A DNA stretch of 63,340 bases, the filler included, from Aduncisulcus paluster (lineage: Eukaryota), in NCBI GenBank assembly GCA_024181965.1. It is 6 parts of 6 records of this genome, joined end to end, with 100 filler letters (N's around TTAATTAATTAA, not from the genome) between each part and the next. Parts side by side here need not be neighbours in the genome. Positions count along the whole stretch, not along the records: positions 9,171 to 28,138 come from BQXS01012665.1; positions 28,239 to 38,372 come from BQXS01012666.1; 4 more parts are not named here. One strand, given 5' to 3'. The notes beneath the pieces were generated by a model. The model was given only the letters and a program-made list of their open reading frames with translations. It searched no databases and had not been told where the DNA came from. The first letter of the stretch is position 1. Each line of letters begins with the position of its first letter. Made by a program: the position numbers and the translations under genes. Positions 23,232 through 34,042 of this stretch are shown piece by piece.

Positions 23232-26200
23232 ATGTCTTTCTCTCAAGCCAAGACTTATACCACTTTCGAAATGTCTGATTTTGAGACCTTGAAGGCATCT
23301 ATTTTAAGCTCAAAATCTATTTTAAGCTCAAAATCTGGGTCCGGGGTTGAAGAATTGGAGTCTCTATATAAGCTATTATATCCTCGTTTCAAGGCTTTAT
23401 TTGATGAATCCACTTCTTCTTTTCCAACTATAACATCCAATCAAGCCATTTTGGCAGTTTCTTTCGAATGTTTGTTCCTATTCATTCAACAATATGTGTC
23501 TCAACAGCTGGCATGCCACAAAAGAGAATGCACCCCCAAAGGTGATTTTAAGATAACGTGCGATAATTCTCCGATGATCAAGAACATCGTTGACTCTTTT
23601 TTGCCGCAGATGATCCAAATTGAGTCTATTATTAGAGCAGCTACAGGAAATAGGGGAACAAAAGAAGAAGAAAGAAGAAGTGAGAGAGTTGCAAGGGAGA
23701 GAACTGATGAAGGGGCAAAAAAATATTATTTCAATCAAACAAAGTATACTATACTAAGTACTATACTGTTCAAGATTGTTAACATCTCGACATTTACCGT
23801 AGAATCTCTTAGAAGTTCGATTTTTCGTCATATTTCTCCTCTTATATCCAAAATGTTTATTCTTGGCCAATCTGAGAAACTTGAGGATTCTTTTGTTGAG
23901 GATATCCTCCAGACTTGTAGGAATATTGCTTTTGCCAAACATAACCCCACCAAAAACTCCCTTCTATCTCTTCTTCTCCCTCACATCTTACCTTGGATGA
24001 AGAAGTATCCCGACAAGAAGTTCTTTTTGCATTGGATAAACATCTTGAAGAATATCACAAATGATAAAGATAATACCAACCCTCATAAAGGCCGTTCCTC
24101 ACAACTTTGGTTTGTCTTCCATCCTGTCTTGGATGTGATTAAGGATACAGATTCCAAAGGTATTACATTTGATGATGAAGCCATCGTTCGTTGTTTATTA
24201 TTATTTGCTAATTTGAGTCGTATTCCTTCTCAAGCTGTTGAAGTATACCATAATATCAAGGAAAATCTTCTTCCTTGGTTTGAGATGGTCAGACAACGAA
24301 ACAAGAAAGAGAATGAAACCAATGGTTGGGGCATTCGGTATTGGGCCAAGCTTATTTCGGTTTTGTCCGGTGTTTCACATCTCATTCCTCTGTTGTCACC
24401 TATATTTGATGCTCATATGGAGTGGTGTAAGGATAATGGGGGTATTTATGTCATTAGTACAAGATATCTTGGAAATTGTTACCCATATTTGAGGAAATGG
24501 CTCAGATTGGCAGATTCTATAAAAGAATGTCCTGACTCAGCTTCAACTTCTAAACTCTACCATGAACATCGAGATGAGATTCTTTCTGTATTTAGGCCAT
24601 CACATGTGATATCAACTTCTAGAACTCAGCCAAAAAATCCTTATGATGCAGCACTTTTCACAGAAGAACGAGTAACATCTAAAAAACTCTACTATGAACA
24701 TCGAGAAGAATCTTATGTTGGTGCTTTAAAATCTGAAGCAGACATTCGAAAAGATAGGTTTGAGTTAATGTTTTGTTTACAATGTTTAGATCTGTTTGTG
24801 CAACATTCGTCCAGTAGACCAGTATCAATATATCTCCCTATTCCTGATCTGAATGATCTCATTGACACTTTCATTGGTCATCTATCAAGATGTGAGGAAG
24901 TGTTGGAAGGAGATGTTGATGAAGAGTATTGTAGGATTTGTGTTGATTATACTTTCAAAGTTAAAGATGGCAGAGATTCTTTTCTCTTTAAAATATTCAC
25001 TTCTTTTCAACATATTTTTGCGAGGGGAAGTAAGGAGAAGTTGGAAGGTGATGTTGCTCTATATTTATTAATGACTCTTCGAAATATCTCTTTGTCACCT
25101 GTATCTCGCACTCGATTCTCTATTCACACCCTCATCAAACCATATATCAGAGATTGGTTGAGGATATACAATGATAGTGAATCTGTTGGACAATTTATGT
25201 ATATTTTATCACGAATTACCCTCTCAAGTGATGATGAAACACCGAATAGGGTCATCTGTTCAGAAGCTTGGCCTCTCTTCCACCCTGTTCTTGATGTTGT
25301 TAAGAGAGAGTTTGTTGGGGATAAGATTGTTGGGGATGAGCATGAAAGAGTTTTGTTATTCTTCTCCAATTTATGTTGTGATCCATCACATGCTGTTGAA
25401 GTCTATGATAATGTTAATGAATACATCGATGAATGGTTCAATGCTTTCAAAGAAAAAAAGTACGGACTTGGGTATGTTTATTGGTCCAGATTAATATCAA
25501 TGTTGTCCACAATTCCTTCAATAACTCCAAAATTATCCCCCAAATACGACAAAAACATGGAATTTTGCTTGAATAATGGAGCATCTTGTGAAGATTATGC
25601 AAAATATGCGTATAATTCTAATATTTTCTTTGTCGATCTTACAAAGACCATTTCTCCGCTTTTAACAGAAATCAAAGTATTGCCATCAGCAGAATTAACC
25701 TCAAAATTATACCATGGACAAAAAGAAATGATTTTGAATGTTTTTAATGCATTTAACTCTACAGATATCATCATAAAATACAAAGATAAAATTGTTCTTT
25801 GTGCTCAGTGTTTAAGGTTGTTTGTTAGACATGATATTTCTGGAAATAAGATCTTTCTCCCTATTCCTGATCTGAATGATCTCATTGACACTTTCATTGG
25901 TCATCTATCAAGATGTGAGGAAGTGTTGGAAGGAGATGTTGATGAAGAGTATTGTAGGATTTGTGTGAGTTATACTGGTATAGTTCAAAATCAATCCGAT
26001 TCCTTCTTGGGCAGGATATCTTCATCCTTTGAACGCATTTTGAAAAGGGGTAGAACTATAACTTTTTCTGACAAATTAAGTTTAAATGAGAGTAATGTTG
26101 CTCGTTATTTATTAAATACTCTCAGAAATATCTCTATTTCTCCCTCTTCTTCCACTCGATCCTCTATTCTCACCCTCATCAAACCATATATCAGAGATTG

Positions 26201-28138
26201 GCTTAAGATTTATACAAAAAGTGAATACTACGCCAACTGGATGTTGATTTTGGCCCTTGTAACCCTCTCAAGTGATAACGAATCCCCCAACAAATCATTA
26301 TGTTCTGAAGCTTGGCCACTCTTCCACCCTGTTCTTGATGTTGTTAAGAGAGAGTTTGTTGGGGATAAGATTGTTGAGGATAATCATGAATGGAGTTTAT
26401 TCTTTTTCTCTAACTTATGCTGTGACCCTGAATACATTGTTGAAATTTATGACAATGTTAAAGACCTTCTTGGTGACTGGTTTGAGGTTATTTGTAGGAA
26501 AGAGCTTGAATGGGGGATCAAATATTGGTCCAGACTAATTTCCATGCTCTCCACTGTTCCCTCTGTGGCTCTGTTAGTATCACCCTTATATGATGACAGC
26601 ATGGAATGGTGCACTAAGAATGGTGGAGTACATTCCGTATATTTTAGTTATCTTGGTAATTGTTATCCTTCTTCTCTTGGGAAATGGCTAGACCTTGTGG
26701 AAGATATACAAGAATGCGCAGACTCAGAATCTACTTCCAAACTCTACCATGAACATCGAGATGAGATTCTTTCTGTCTTCTTTGCATACCAATCAAAGAG
26801 TGAGATTGAAGAGCATAAAAGAGAGATTGTTCTTTGTATTCAATGCTTGATAACATTTATTAGTCATGATAGTGTTGATAGAATTCATAGTGACAAGGTT
26901 TATCTCCCTATTCCTGATCTGAATGATCTCATTGACACTTTCATTGATCACCTATCAAGATGTGAGGAAGTGTTACGAGAAATTATTGATGAAGAGTATT
27001 GTAGGATTTGTGTGAGTTATAGTGGTATAGTTCAAGACAAACGGGGTTCGTTCTTGGCCATAATATTGCCTACTTTCCAACGTATTCTTGAGAGAGGTCG
27101 AAAGAAAAATTTGCAACCCGATGTTGTTCAGGATTTACTAATTACGCTCAGAAATCTCTCTCTTTTCTCGTATTCTTCCACTCGATCCTCTATTTTTACC
27201 CTCATCAAACCATATTTTAGAGATTGGTTGAGGATATACAAAGATAGTGAATGTTTTGGAGAATGGATGTTTATTCTATCATTAATCACCCTCTCAAGTA
27301 ATGATGAATTTCCTGACAAATCATTATGTTCTGAAGCTTGGTCTCTCTTCCGCCCTGTTCTTGATGTTGTTAAGAAAGATTTTTCAAAAGAGCGAGAGAT
27401 TGTTGAGGATGATCATGAACGAGTTTTATTATTCTTTGCTAATTTATGCTGTGATCCATCACATGCTGTTGAGATTTATGATAATATTAAATCGCTTCTC
27501 AGTGATTGGTTTGAAGTTGTCAAGTTTGAAGAGCATGAATGGGGTGTAATTTATTGGTCTCGACTCATTTCGATGTTATCCTTTGTTCCATCGATTGTTC
27601 CTCAAATATCTCCATTATTTGATGAAGCAATGGAATGGTGCAAACAAAATGGGGGATTGAGTGTTGATTATGCAAGATATATCGGGAACTGTTATCCGTC
27701 TCTCAAGAAATGGACTGAGTTTATTGAAACCATCAAGAAATGCCCTGATTCAGAATCAACTTCCAAACTCTACCATGAACATCGAGATGAGATTCTTTCT
27801 GTCTTCTTTGCATACCAATCAAAGAGTGAGATTGAAGAGCACAAGAGAGAGATTGTTCTTTGTGTTCATTGTATTGACTTCTTTGTTCGCCATATTAAAT
27901 CTGAAGAGATCTTTCTCCCTATTCCTGATCTGAATGATCTCATTGACACTTTCATTGGTCATCTATCAAGATGTGAGGAAGTGTTGGAAGGAGATGTTGA
28001 TGAAGAGTATTGTAGGATTTGTGTGAGTTATACATACAAAATTGATGATAATCGCCGAGATTCGTTCCTCGTCAAAATTTATCCAACTTTCCAACGCATT
28101 TTTGAGAGAAGCGGAAAAGAGGAAAATTTAGGGAACAA
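23232..28138 (+). CDS. Large alpha-helical (ARM/HEAT-like) repeat protein with ~340-aa repeats; 3' truncated
   Basis: LPIPDLNDLIDTFI.HLSRCEEVL recurs at 24834, 25857, 26904, 27915 (spacings 1023, 1047, 1011 nt), plus a degenerate N-terminal unit. The fold is inference. Confidence 0.88.
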
Positions 28139-28238
28139 NNNNNNNNNNNNNNNNNNNNNNNNNNNNNNNNNNNNNNNNNNNNTTAATTAATTAANNNNNN
28201 NNNNNNNNNNNNNNNNNNNNNNNNNNNNNNNNNNNNNN
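28139..28238. other. Artificial scaffold-join spacer
   Basis: N-TTAATTAATTAA-N, 100 nt. Confidence 0.97.
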
Positions 28239-29245
28239 CTCGAGGAGTTCAACTCCTGGAGTTGGAGGAACAATAATACTCTATAACCAGAATCGATCAA
28301 GAACTGTACAACTGTACGAGAATAAAAAAAATGGATACCAAGGCAAGAAGAACCACCAGAAGAAGCCTCCCGCCTGAAAAATGCGTTTTTTACCGGATCA
28401 TAAATTCCGAAACGTCAGGTAGGGGAAACATCCACTAGGATCAAGGTCTCCATAATCAGAATGGAAATCCATTTTGGAACAAGAGCAGGGGCTTTTTCTT
28501 AGTTTACCTGAAATAACTCCCACCCGACCCTCCACAAAGAAGAAGAAGATCACATGGAGGGCAAAAAAAGGAAAAAGATCTCGATGAGATTGAGATGACA
28601 AAAATAGTTACTAACTAAATGACATGACCAACTGTGAACTGTTAGACTCTATCATATCAAAATCATAAAACAGTTTAAATAAAATTATAATACGTTACCA
28701 AGTATTTCGTCAACAAAATAACAATAATCATTATGAAAGATGATCTTTCATGATATCGCTATATAGATCATCAATAGAATGATTCTCACTGCAAATCCAA
28801 ACGGTCCACATGAGACTTATTTCAAACATCGAATTGATTCCAAGAACATTATTCAAATACTAATGGAAACTTTCCATGCTTTAAAAGCTCAAAATTCTGT
28901 CACCAGAACTTCTCGCTTGAAGCGAATGAATAAGGGATGTAAAAATAAATAAAAAATACAGCGTATGTTTAATTGTGTATAATTATTATATTTATTTTAT
29001 AAAAATTCCAGAAAACTCAGATGCTTTTTTAATTTTCATCTCCATGGCTCTATTAAGCAAGCAGATAAAAATAAAAAAATAATAAATGAATAAGGGTATC
29101 ATAGGATATTAATTTTAACGTTTTTAGAATATTGAAAAAGTCGCAGTGCGACAAAGTCGCAAAAAATTTAATAAATTTTCAAAATTTCCTTCTTTTCGCC
29201 ATTACGATTTACTTGTGTGTAATTTCTGCTTAAAATCCACCATAA

Positions 29246-30094
29246 ATGCCCTCAACTCCCCAGAAAGGACTAGCACAATCTCCCAAGAGTAAGGCTATAG
29301 CTGTTTATTCCGTTTCCCCCCATAGATCTCCTGGATATCGTGCCTCTACTTCTCCAAGAAGGTCAAGTTCTCCGAGACAATTGTCTCCTACCCAACCAAA
29401 ACCTTTTTCATTTGCTTCTAGATCTAGAAGCCCCATTAAACGAAAAGGAGATTCTGTATCTCTGGTTTCTTCAAAGCAAGAAACGAACGAAGTTCTAGAA
29501 CAACAACTTATTTTAGCTAACAAGGTCAAGAAACTCTTGAGGGAAGAACAACTTCTCAAGAAACAAACTGAAATGGCCCAAAAGAAACTCGAACAGAAAC
29601 GATCAAGACAACTGGAAAAAGAAGCCATTCAATCACGTAAAGATGAAGAAGACGCCAAGAAACAAGCTGAATTGGATCGCATAAAAAAACTCCATTGGCG
29701 AAGGACTCTTGAAATGAGAGACGCCATCAAAACCGCCAAGGCTTCTGTTGTTCTTGTTAAAAAGGAGGAAGCCAAGAAAGAAAAAGATAGAATTGAATCT
29801 CTTCGAAGGAAAAGGCAAGCTGAACAGATGAGACGTGATAAAGAGTGCAAAGAATTGCATGAACGCGCTAAACAGGAGGAACTCCATCGAAAAGAGACCA
29901 TTGAACGGCATATCGAAATGAAAAGAGAACAGGCTACAACAGATATGTCCTATATTGTCGACAATTTAACCTCTATGAGGAAGCATGCTGAAGTGGAGAA
30001 GAAGAAGTTAACCCGGATGGAACAAGAATTGGCTGATCGTGTTAAATTGATGAAACAACAGAGAGACAAGTTGGTTGACCAGATTGAAAAATGA
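29246..30094 (+). CDS. Coiled-coil protein with S/P/R-rich N-terminus
   Basis: 282-aa ORF; multiple SP sites followed by a continuous charged helix. Confidence 0.8.
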   Translation: MPSTPQKGLAQSPKSKAIAVYSVSPHRSPGYRASTSPRRSSSPRQLSPTQPKPFSFASRSRSPIKRKGDSVSLVSSKQETNEVLEQQLILANKVKKLLREEQLLKKQTEMAQKKLEQKRSRQLEKEAIQSRKDEEDAKKQAELDRIKKLHWRRTLEMRDAIKTAKASVVLVKKEEAKKEKDRIESLRRKRQAEQMRRDKECKELHERAKQEELHRKETIERHIEMKREQATTDMSYIVDNLTSMRKHAEVEKKKLTRMEQELADRVKLMKQQRDKLVDQIEK

Positions 30095-30271
30095 TCTTTT
30101 GGAATAAATATACTTTTTTACACTCTGTCGTTATTGCTGACTCGTTCCCATCTTTAAAATAATATTGATGCTCAAAATTTATATGTTATCATTTTTTTCG
30201 ATAAATTGATCATTTTATCAATGCACTGGGTAGATTTCAATGAAAATTTCATTTTCCTCGTGAAATCGATA

Positions 30272-31225
30272 ATGAATTTATTTAAAACTTGCAAATTTTG
30301 CCTTATTATTCTAATAATTTTGTCAATTGTCTCTCTATCTTTCTCCTATCCAAGCATTATGTGTGTTGCCCACAGAGGACAGATGCGTGTTGGAGATCCT
30401 AATGCTCCTGATGAAAACACCGCTGCTGCACTTTCTGAATCTGTAAAAGCTGGAGCTGATGCCGTTGAAATTGATGTTAGAACTACATCCGATAATGTTC
30501 TTGTTCTCCTTCATGATTCAACTTTGGACCGTACAACAACCAATTGTACAGGACCTGTAAATGATATCAGATATGCTGATCTGCAGAATTGTAGAACTAC
30601 TCATGGATATACTATCCCTACTCTTGCCCAAGCGATCGATGCCGTTCAAAATACTGTTGAAGAACTTGGAAATAATGATTATGTTACAATTGTTCTTGAT
30701 ACGAAAGAATCCTCTGAAAAGTACTTTAATGAAATTGGAGATCTTCTTTCATCTTGTGGATACCCCTCTCGATATTTTATTGGCTCTTTTTGGCATGATT
30801 ACACCATGGAACTTGGAATACTGGCTTTTCCAGAGGGAGTAACAATCCAAAAACTAACTAAATATCCAATTGCTGATGAAGATATCGCCACTGTCAGTGA
30901 AATGGGTGCCAGATCATATTCTGTGAAAATCAGCCTCCTTTCAGATTATCTCGTGACAAAATTACATCGAATGGGATTTTCTGTCTGGTCTTGGACAATT
31001 ACCGACGATGAAAGTGCCAAGCGTGCCATAGAGTTAGGTGTTGATGGATTATACAGCGATGTAACATCCGATACAATGAAAATAGTTGAAAATATGAATA
31101 TGGTTGAAGATCAAAACCTAATTGGCATCACCAAGGCATCAATTATTATTGGATACTGTGGAATTGGAATCTCTTTGATTGGTGTCTTATTCTTTGGGCT
31201 TAGAAAGTGTTCCAACAAAAAATAA
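30272..31225 (+). CDS. Glycerophosphodiester phosphodiesterase (GDPD family) with signal peptide and C-terminal TM
   Basis: VAHRG, PDENT, GADAVEIDVRTTSD..VLLHDSTLDRTT, IPTL, WT, GVDGLYSD; hydrophobic N- and C-termini. Start codon choice is inferred. Confidence 0.93.
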   Translation: MNLFKTCKFCLIILIILSIVSLSFSYPSIMCVAHRGQMRVGDPNAPDENTAAALSESVKAGADAVEIDVRTTSDNVLVLLHDSTLDRTTTNCTGPVNDIRYADLQNCRTTHGYTIPTLAQAIDAVQNTVEELGNNDYVTIVLDTKESSEKYFNEIGDLLSSCGYPSRYFIGSFWHDYTMELGILAFPEGVTIQKLTKYPIADEDIATVSEMGARSYSVKISLLSDYLVTKLHRMGFSVWSWTITDDESAKRAIELGVDGLYSDVTSDTMKIVENMNMVEDQNLIGITKASIIIGYCGIGISLIGVLFFGLRKCSNKK

Positions 31226-31448
31226 GCCTTATCGCCCTCCTTTTATCTAAGAATCGATTTTATCTAGTTATTAGTTGATCAAAATTAATATTGTCGATCT
31301 TAATAAGCTAATAAATGAGAAGTATTATATGCTGTACAGTGTACACCATCTGTGTGTATTTCAATTTGAAATTTTTATATAACAGCAACAGCAAGGAGAC
31401 GGCAGAAAAATATGGCAATGTAAGCAATAACGACGAGAAATGAGTGCA

Positions 31449-31659
31449 GGTTTGTCCAAGGAACAGCCTAACTGTTATAGTATAACGGTTATACCTGAGG
31501 CAGCTCTTGGGATTATTTCTTGCCAAGAAACTCCCAGTGGAGCGAAATCATCTCATTATATTGTTGCCATCATCAGGTATGAACTGGGGTCTACCTTTGA
31601 GGGATAACCTAGATGAGTCACTGGGAGTGATAGGAGACCTCATTGGAAAGCCCTTTTTT
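31449..31659 (+). ncRNA. Candidate structured ncRNA (~205 nt) ending in a Pol III-like T6; family unassigned
   Basis: Nested helices 31449-59/31643-52, 31496-500/31638-42, 31530-39/31619-28, 31548-53/31611-16; hairpins 31469-91 and 31505-28; T6 at 31654-59. Confidence 0.55.
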
Positions 31660-31726
31660 ATTGTTGTGAACATTTGAGCCATAAAATAGTAAACTCTTTT
31701 TATACTCTCGTAAGTCAGTACGATAC

Positions 31727-32672
31727 TCAGTACATGTTAGAGATGGATGAACTTGTTCCCTTGGGTTTCTTAATGGCCTCTTCATTCTTCTTGATTAAAT
31801 CACTCAACACTAACATATTATTAATCGTCTCAAACACAATAGTTCGGAATGTGATGAGTTGTTTCTCTTCATGTTGAACAAGAGCGAAATAATAATCGAC
31901 TATTCCAGGGTTTCTAATGATCTGATTTACAAGAGTGGCACGAGTGGCGTGATAGGAGAAAAAATCATCAAAAACTCCAGAAGTAGCTTCAATAACCCGT
32001 AATATATCAGATAGACATTCTTCCTGAATGTCAACACCAAGGTTGTTACCTCCTTCGATCTTGGGAACTCTCAACTGGATCATCATCTTTGCCGAATCAA
32101 GAGCAACCAATAAAGCGCGCACTTCTTTCTTCAGGACCTCCATAAAGGCTATGGTCTTCTCATTAAGAGAAGTAATATGGGCAATACGCTCAGGAAGGGT
32201 CATAGGAAAATCTTTCTCTTCAAAACCAAGCTCAAAAGTGGCTTTAGAAACTTCTATCTTCTTCTTCTTTCGAAGAAGAGTGAGAATCATCTTTAAGCTC
32301 AGAGGAAGAAGTCCTTCGCTTACCAACAACATCATCAGGTTTTGGAGATATCAAGTGGGTCTCTTCAAGAATTTTTGATCCAAGAAGTTGTTTCAGAGCA
32401 GCTAACGAAAATTTTTTGGGGAATTCTTTCTCTAAAATATCTTCAGTTTTCAATAGATCATGAAGTCTCAAAATAATGGAAGGGAAATCAATAGCAATGC
32501 TTTTTTCCCCTTTAGCAAACATTTCCTCTCTCATCTTTTTGATTTGCTTCTTGTAATACTTTTTATCAGCATGTGGGAATATAATTTTGTCTGATAGTCC
32601 GAATTGAGAAGCTTTCTTTTCAATTACAGCCTTTTTATCAGATCCTTCTCCTTTGGAAGATGAACTGGGCAT
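31727..32672 (-). CDS. PSME3: Proteasome activator PA28/REG-gamma-like, split over two reading frames
   Basis: N-part MREEMFAKGEKSIAIDFPSIILRLHDLLK (32244..32672); C-part IQLRVPKIEGGNNLGVDIQEE (activation loop) and KKNEEAIKKPK..NMY (31727..32335). Confidence 0.85.
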
Positions 32673-32921
32673 TTTAAGTTGAATAATTGGAAACCAAACT
32701 TGGATTCATCGATCAATCGAGTTACATCGTCGCAAATATTATTTCGAAATTTTGTATTTCAATATGAATTCAATTTAGTCATTATTCATTTTATTTTAAA
32801 TTTTGCCAAAATGGATCATCATTTCGTCAGTCCCTGGCTGATGCCATCACAACTTGTGACCGTTGAACGGTTGTGACATCGTTCTTGTTGACGGGATATT
32901 CAAAAATAGAAGTTTACCATA

Positions 32922-33911
32922 ATGAATACCGAATTACCAGATAATATCCTCTCAAAATTTGCTATGGAGCAAACCTTTAAAATGGGAAAGGAGTATATGG
33001 ATAGTCGAGCAGAAAACCTTAAAAAGAAACAGAAAGAAACATTAAAAAGTATTCAATATTATTTTCTTGTGAATAATAGTTATGTTTTATCAAAAATCCA
33101 ACGTATTATCTTTCCTTGGACCATTTCGAAATGGGAAAGAATGGCTGCTAATAATCTTGGACTCTCGGAAATTCTTGAAGGAGAAGAGAGTGAACCTGAT
33201 GATTCAAGTAGTATGCAAGCTGGAAGACTCCATGGTACAAAACGAGAATATAATGGGAAACCTTTGCCAGGATATGGCCAATTTCCTCTTATGCCTCCTT
33301 ATCTTGATGTTGCTGCTCCAGATTTATACATCCCCGTGATGTCATTTGTTACTTATATTTTGTTGTCTTGTATTACTCTAGGGTCTAGGGATGAAATTGG
33401 TACATTGTCAATCTCAAAGGTTTTTTCTTTTGGGATTGCCATGTGCTTGGTTGAATTTTTCATTGTTAGAGGTATTTTATGGCTCTGTTCTCTTCGAATT
33501 CGTTCCAATTTTGATTTGTTGGCCTCCTTACTTTACGTACTTGTCCCTGTCAGTATCAACCTCCTTTTTGGTTCCATCTTTGGCACCGTCATTTATTATA
33601 TTATTTCTCTATACTCAAGTGCAGCATTCGTATCTTTCCAATTCAAGTCCCTCAGATGGTCGGTACTTGGATCTGATGTCGCTGTGGCAGGCATTGGTCA
33701 AAGTGTTAGAAGTCTAAGAACTCAAGTTGGAACAGACGCTGGATTAGACTTCGATTTTGCAGGAGACGATGATGAAAAACAACAAAAAACCATCGAATCT
33801 GAAGAAAATCGGGCAAAGAAGGCTCTCTTTGTTATCATAGGCATTTGTTTGTTACAAGTATTGATGATTTTCGTACTTGGATACTCTCCTGCAAAAGTTA
33901 AAGAATCATAA
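32922..33911 (+). CDS. YIF1: Yip1-interacting factor YIF1 (ER-Golgi multipass protein)
   Basis: YYFLVNNSYVLSKIQRIIFPW and APDLYIPVMSFVTYILL signatures; five hydrophobic segments. Confidence 0.9.
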   Translation: MNTELPDNILSKFAMEQTFKMGKEYMDSRAENLKKKQKETLKSIQYYFLVNNSYVLSKIQRIIFPWTISKWERMAANNLGLSEILEGEESEPDDSSSMQAGRLHGTKREYNGKPLPGYGQFPLMPPYLDVAAPDLYIPVMSFVTYILLSCITLGSRDEIGTLSISKVFSFGIAMCLVEFFIVRGILWLCSLRIRSNFDLLASLLYVLVPVSINLLFGSIFGTVIYYIISLYSSAAFVSFQFKSLRWSVLGSDVAVAGIGQSVRSLRTQVGTDAGLDFDFAGDDDEKQQKTIESEENRAKKALFVIIGICLLQVLMIFVLGYSPAKVKES

Positions 33912-34042
33912 TAAAAATTATTATATTTCATTCTGATTAATTGCTCATGACGGTAAAACTCTGCTTTGTGCGAAAAGAAATAAATAAAAACTACCTTTTC
34001 ACGAAATGACCGTTACGGTCGATTTTTTTTGACATAAAAATA

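Noticed and set aside
31449..31659. Assigning the RNA candidate to SRP, RNase P/MRP, U2 or U6
   Set aside because: No SRP helix-8 motif, no correctly placed P4 pseudoknot, and no GUAGUA or ACAGAGA box; left unassigned.
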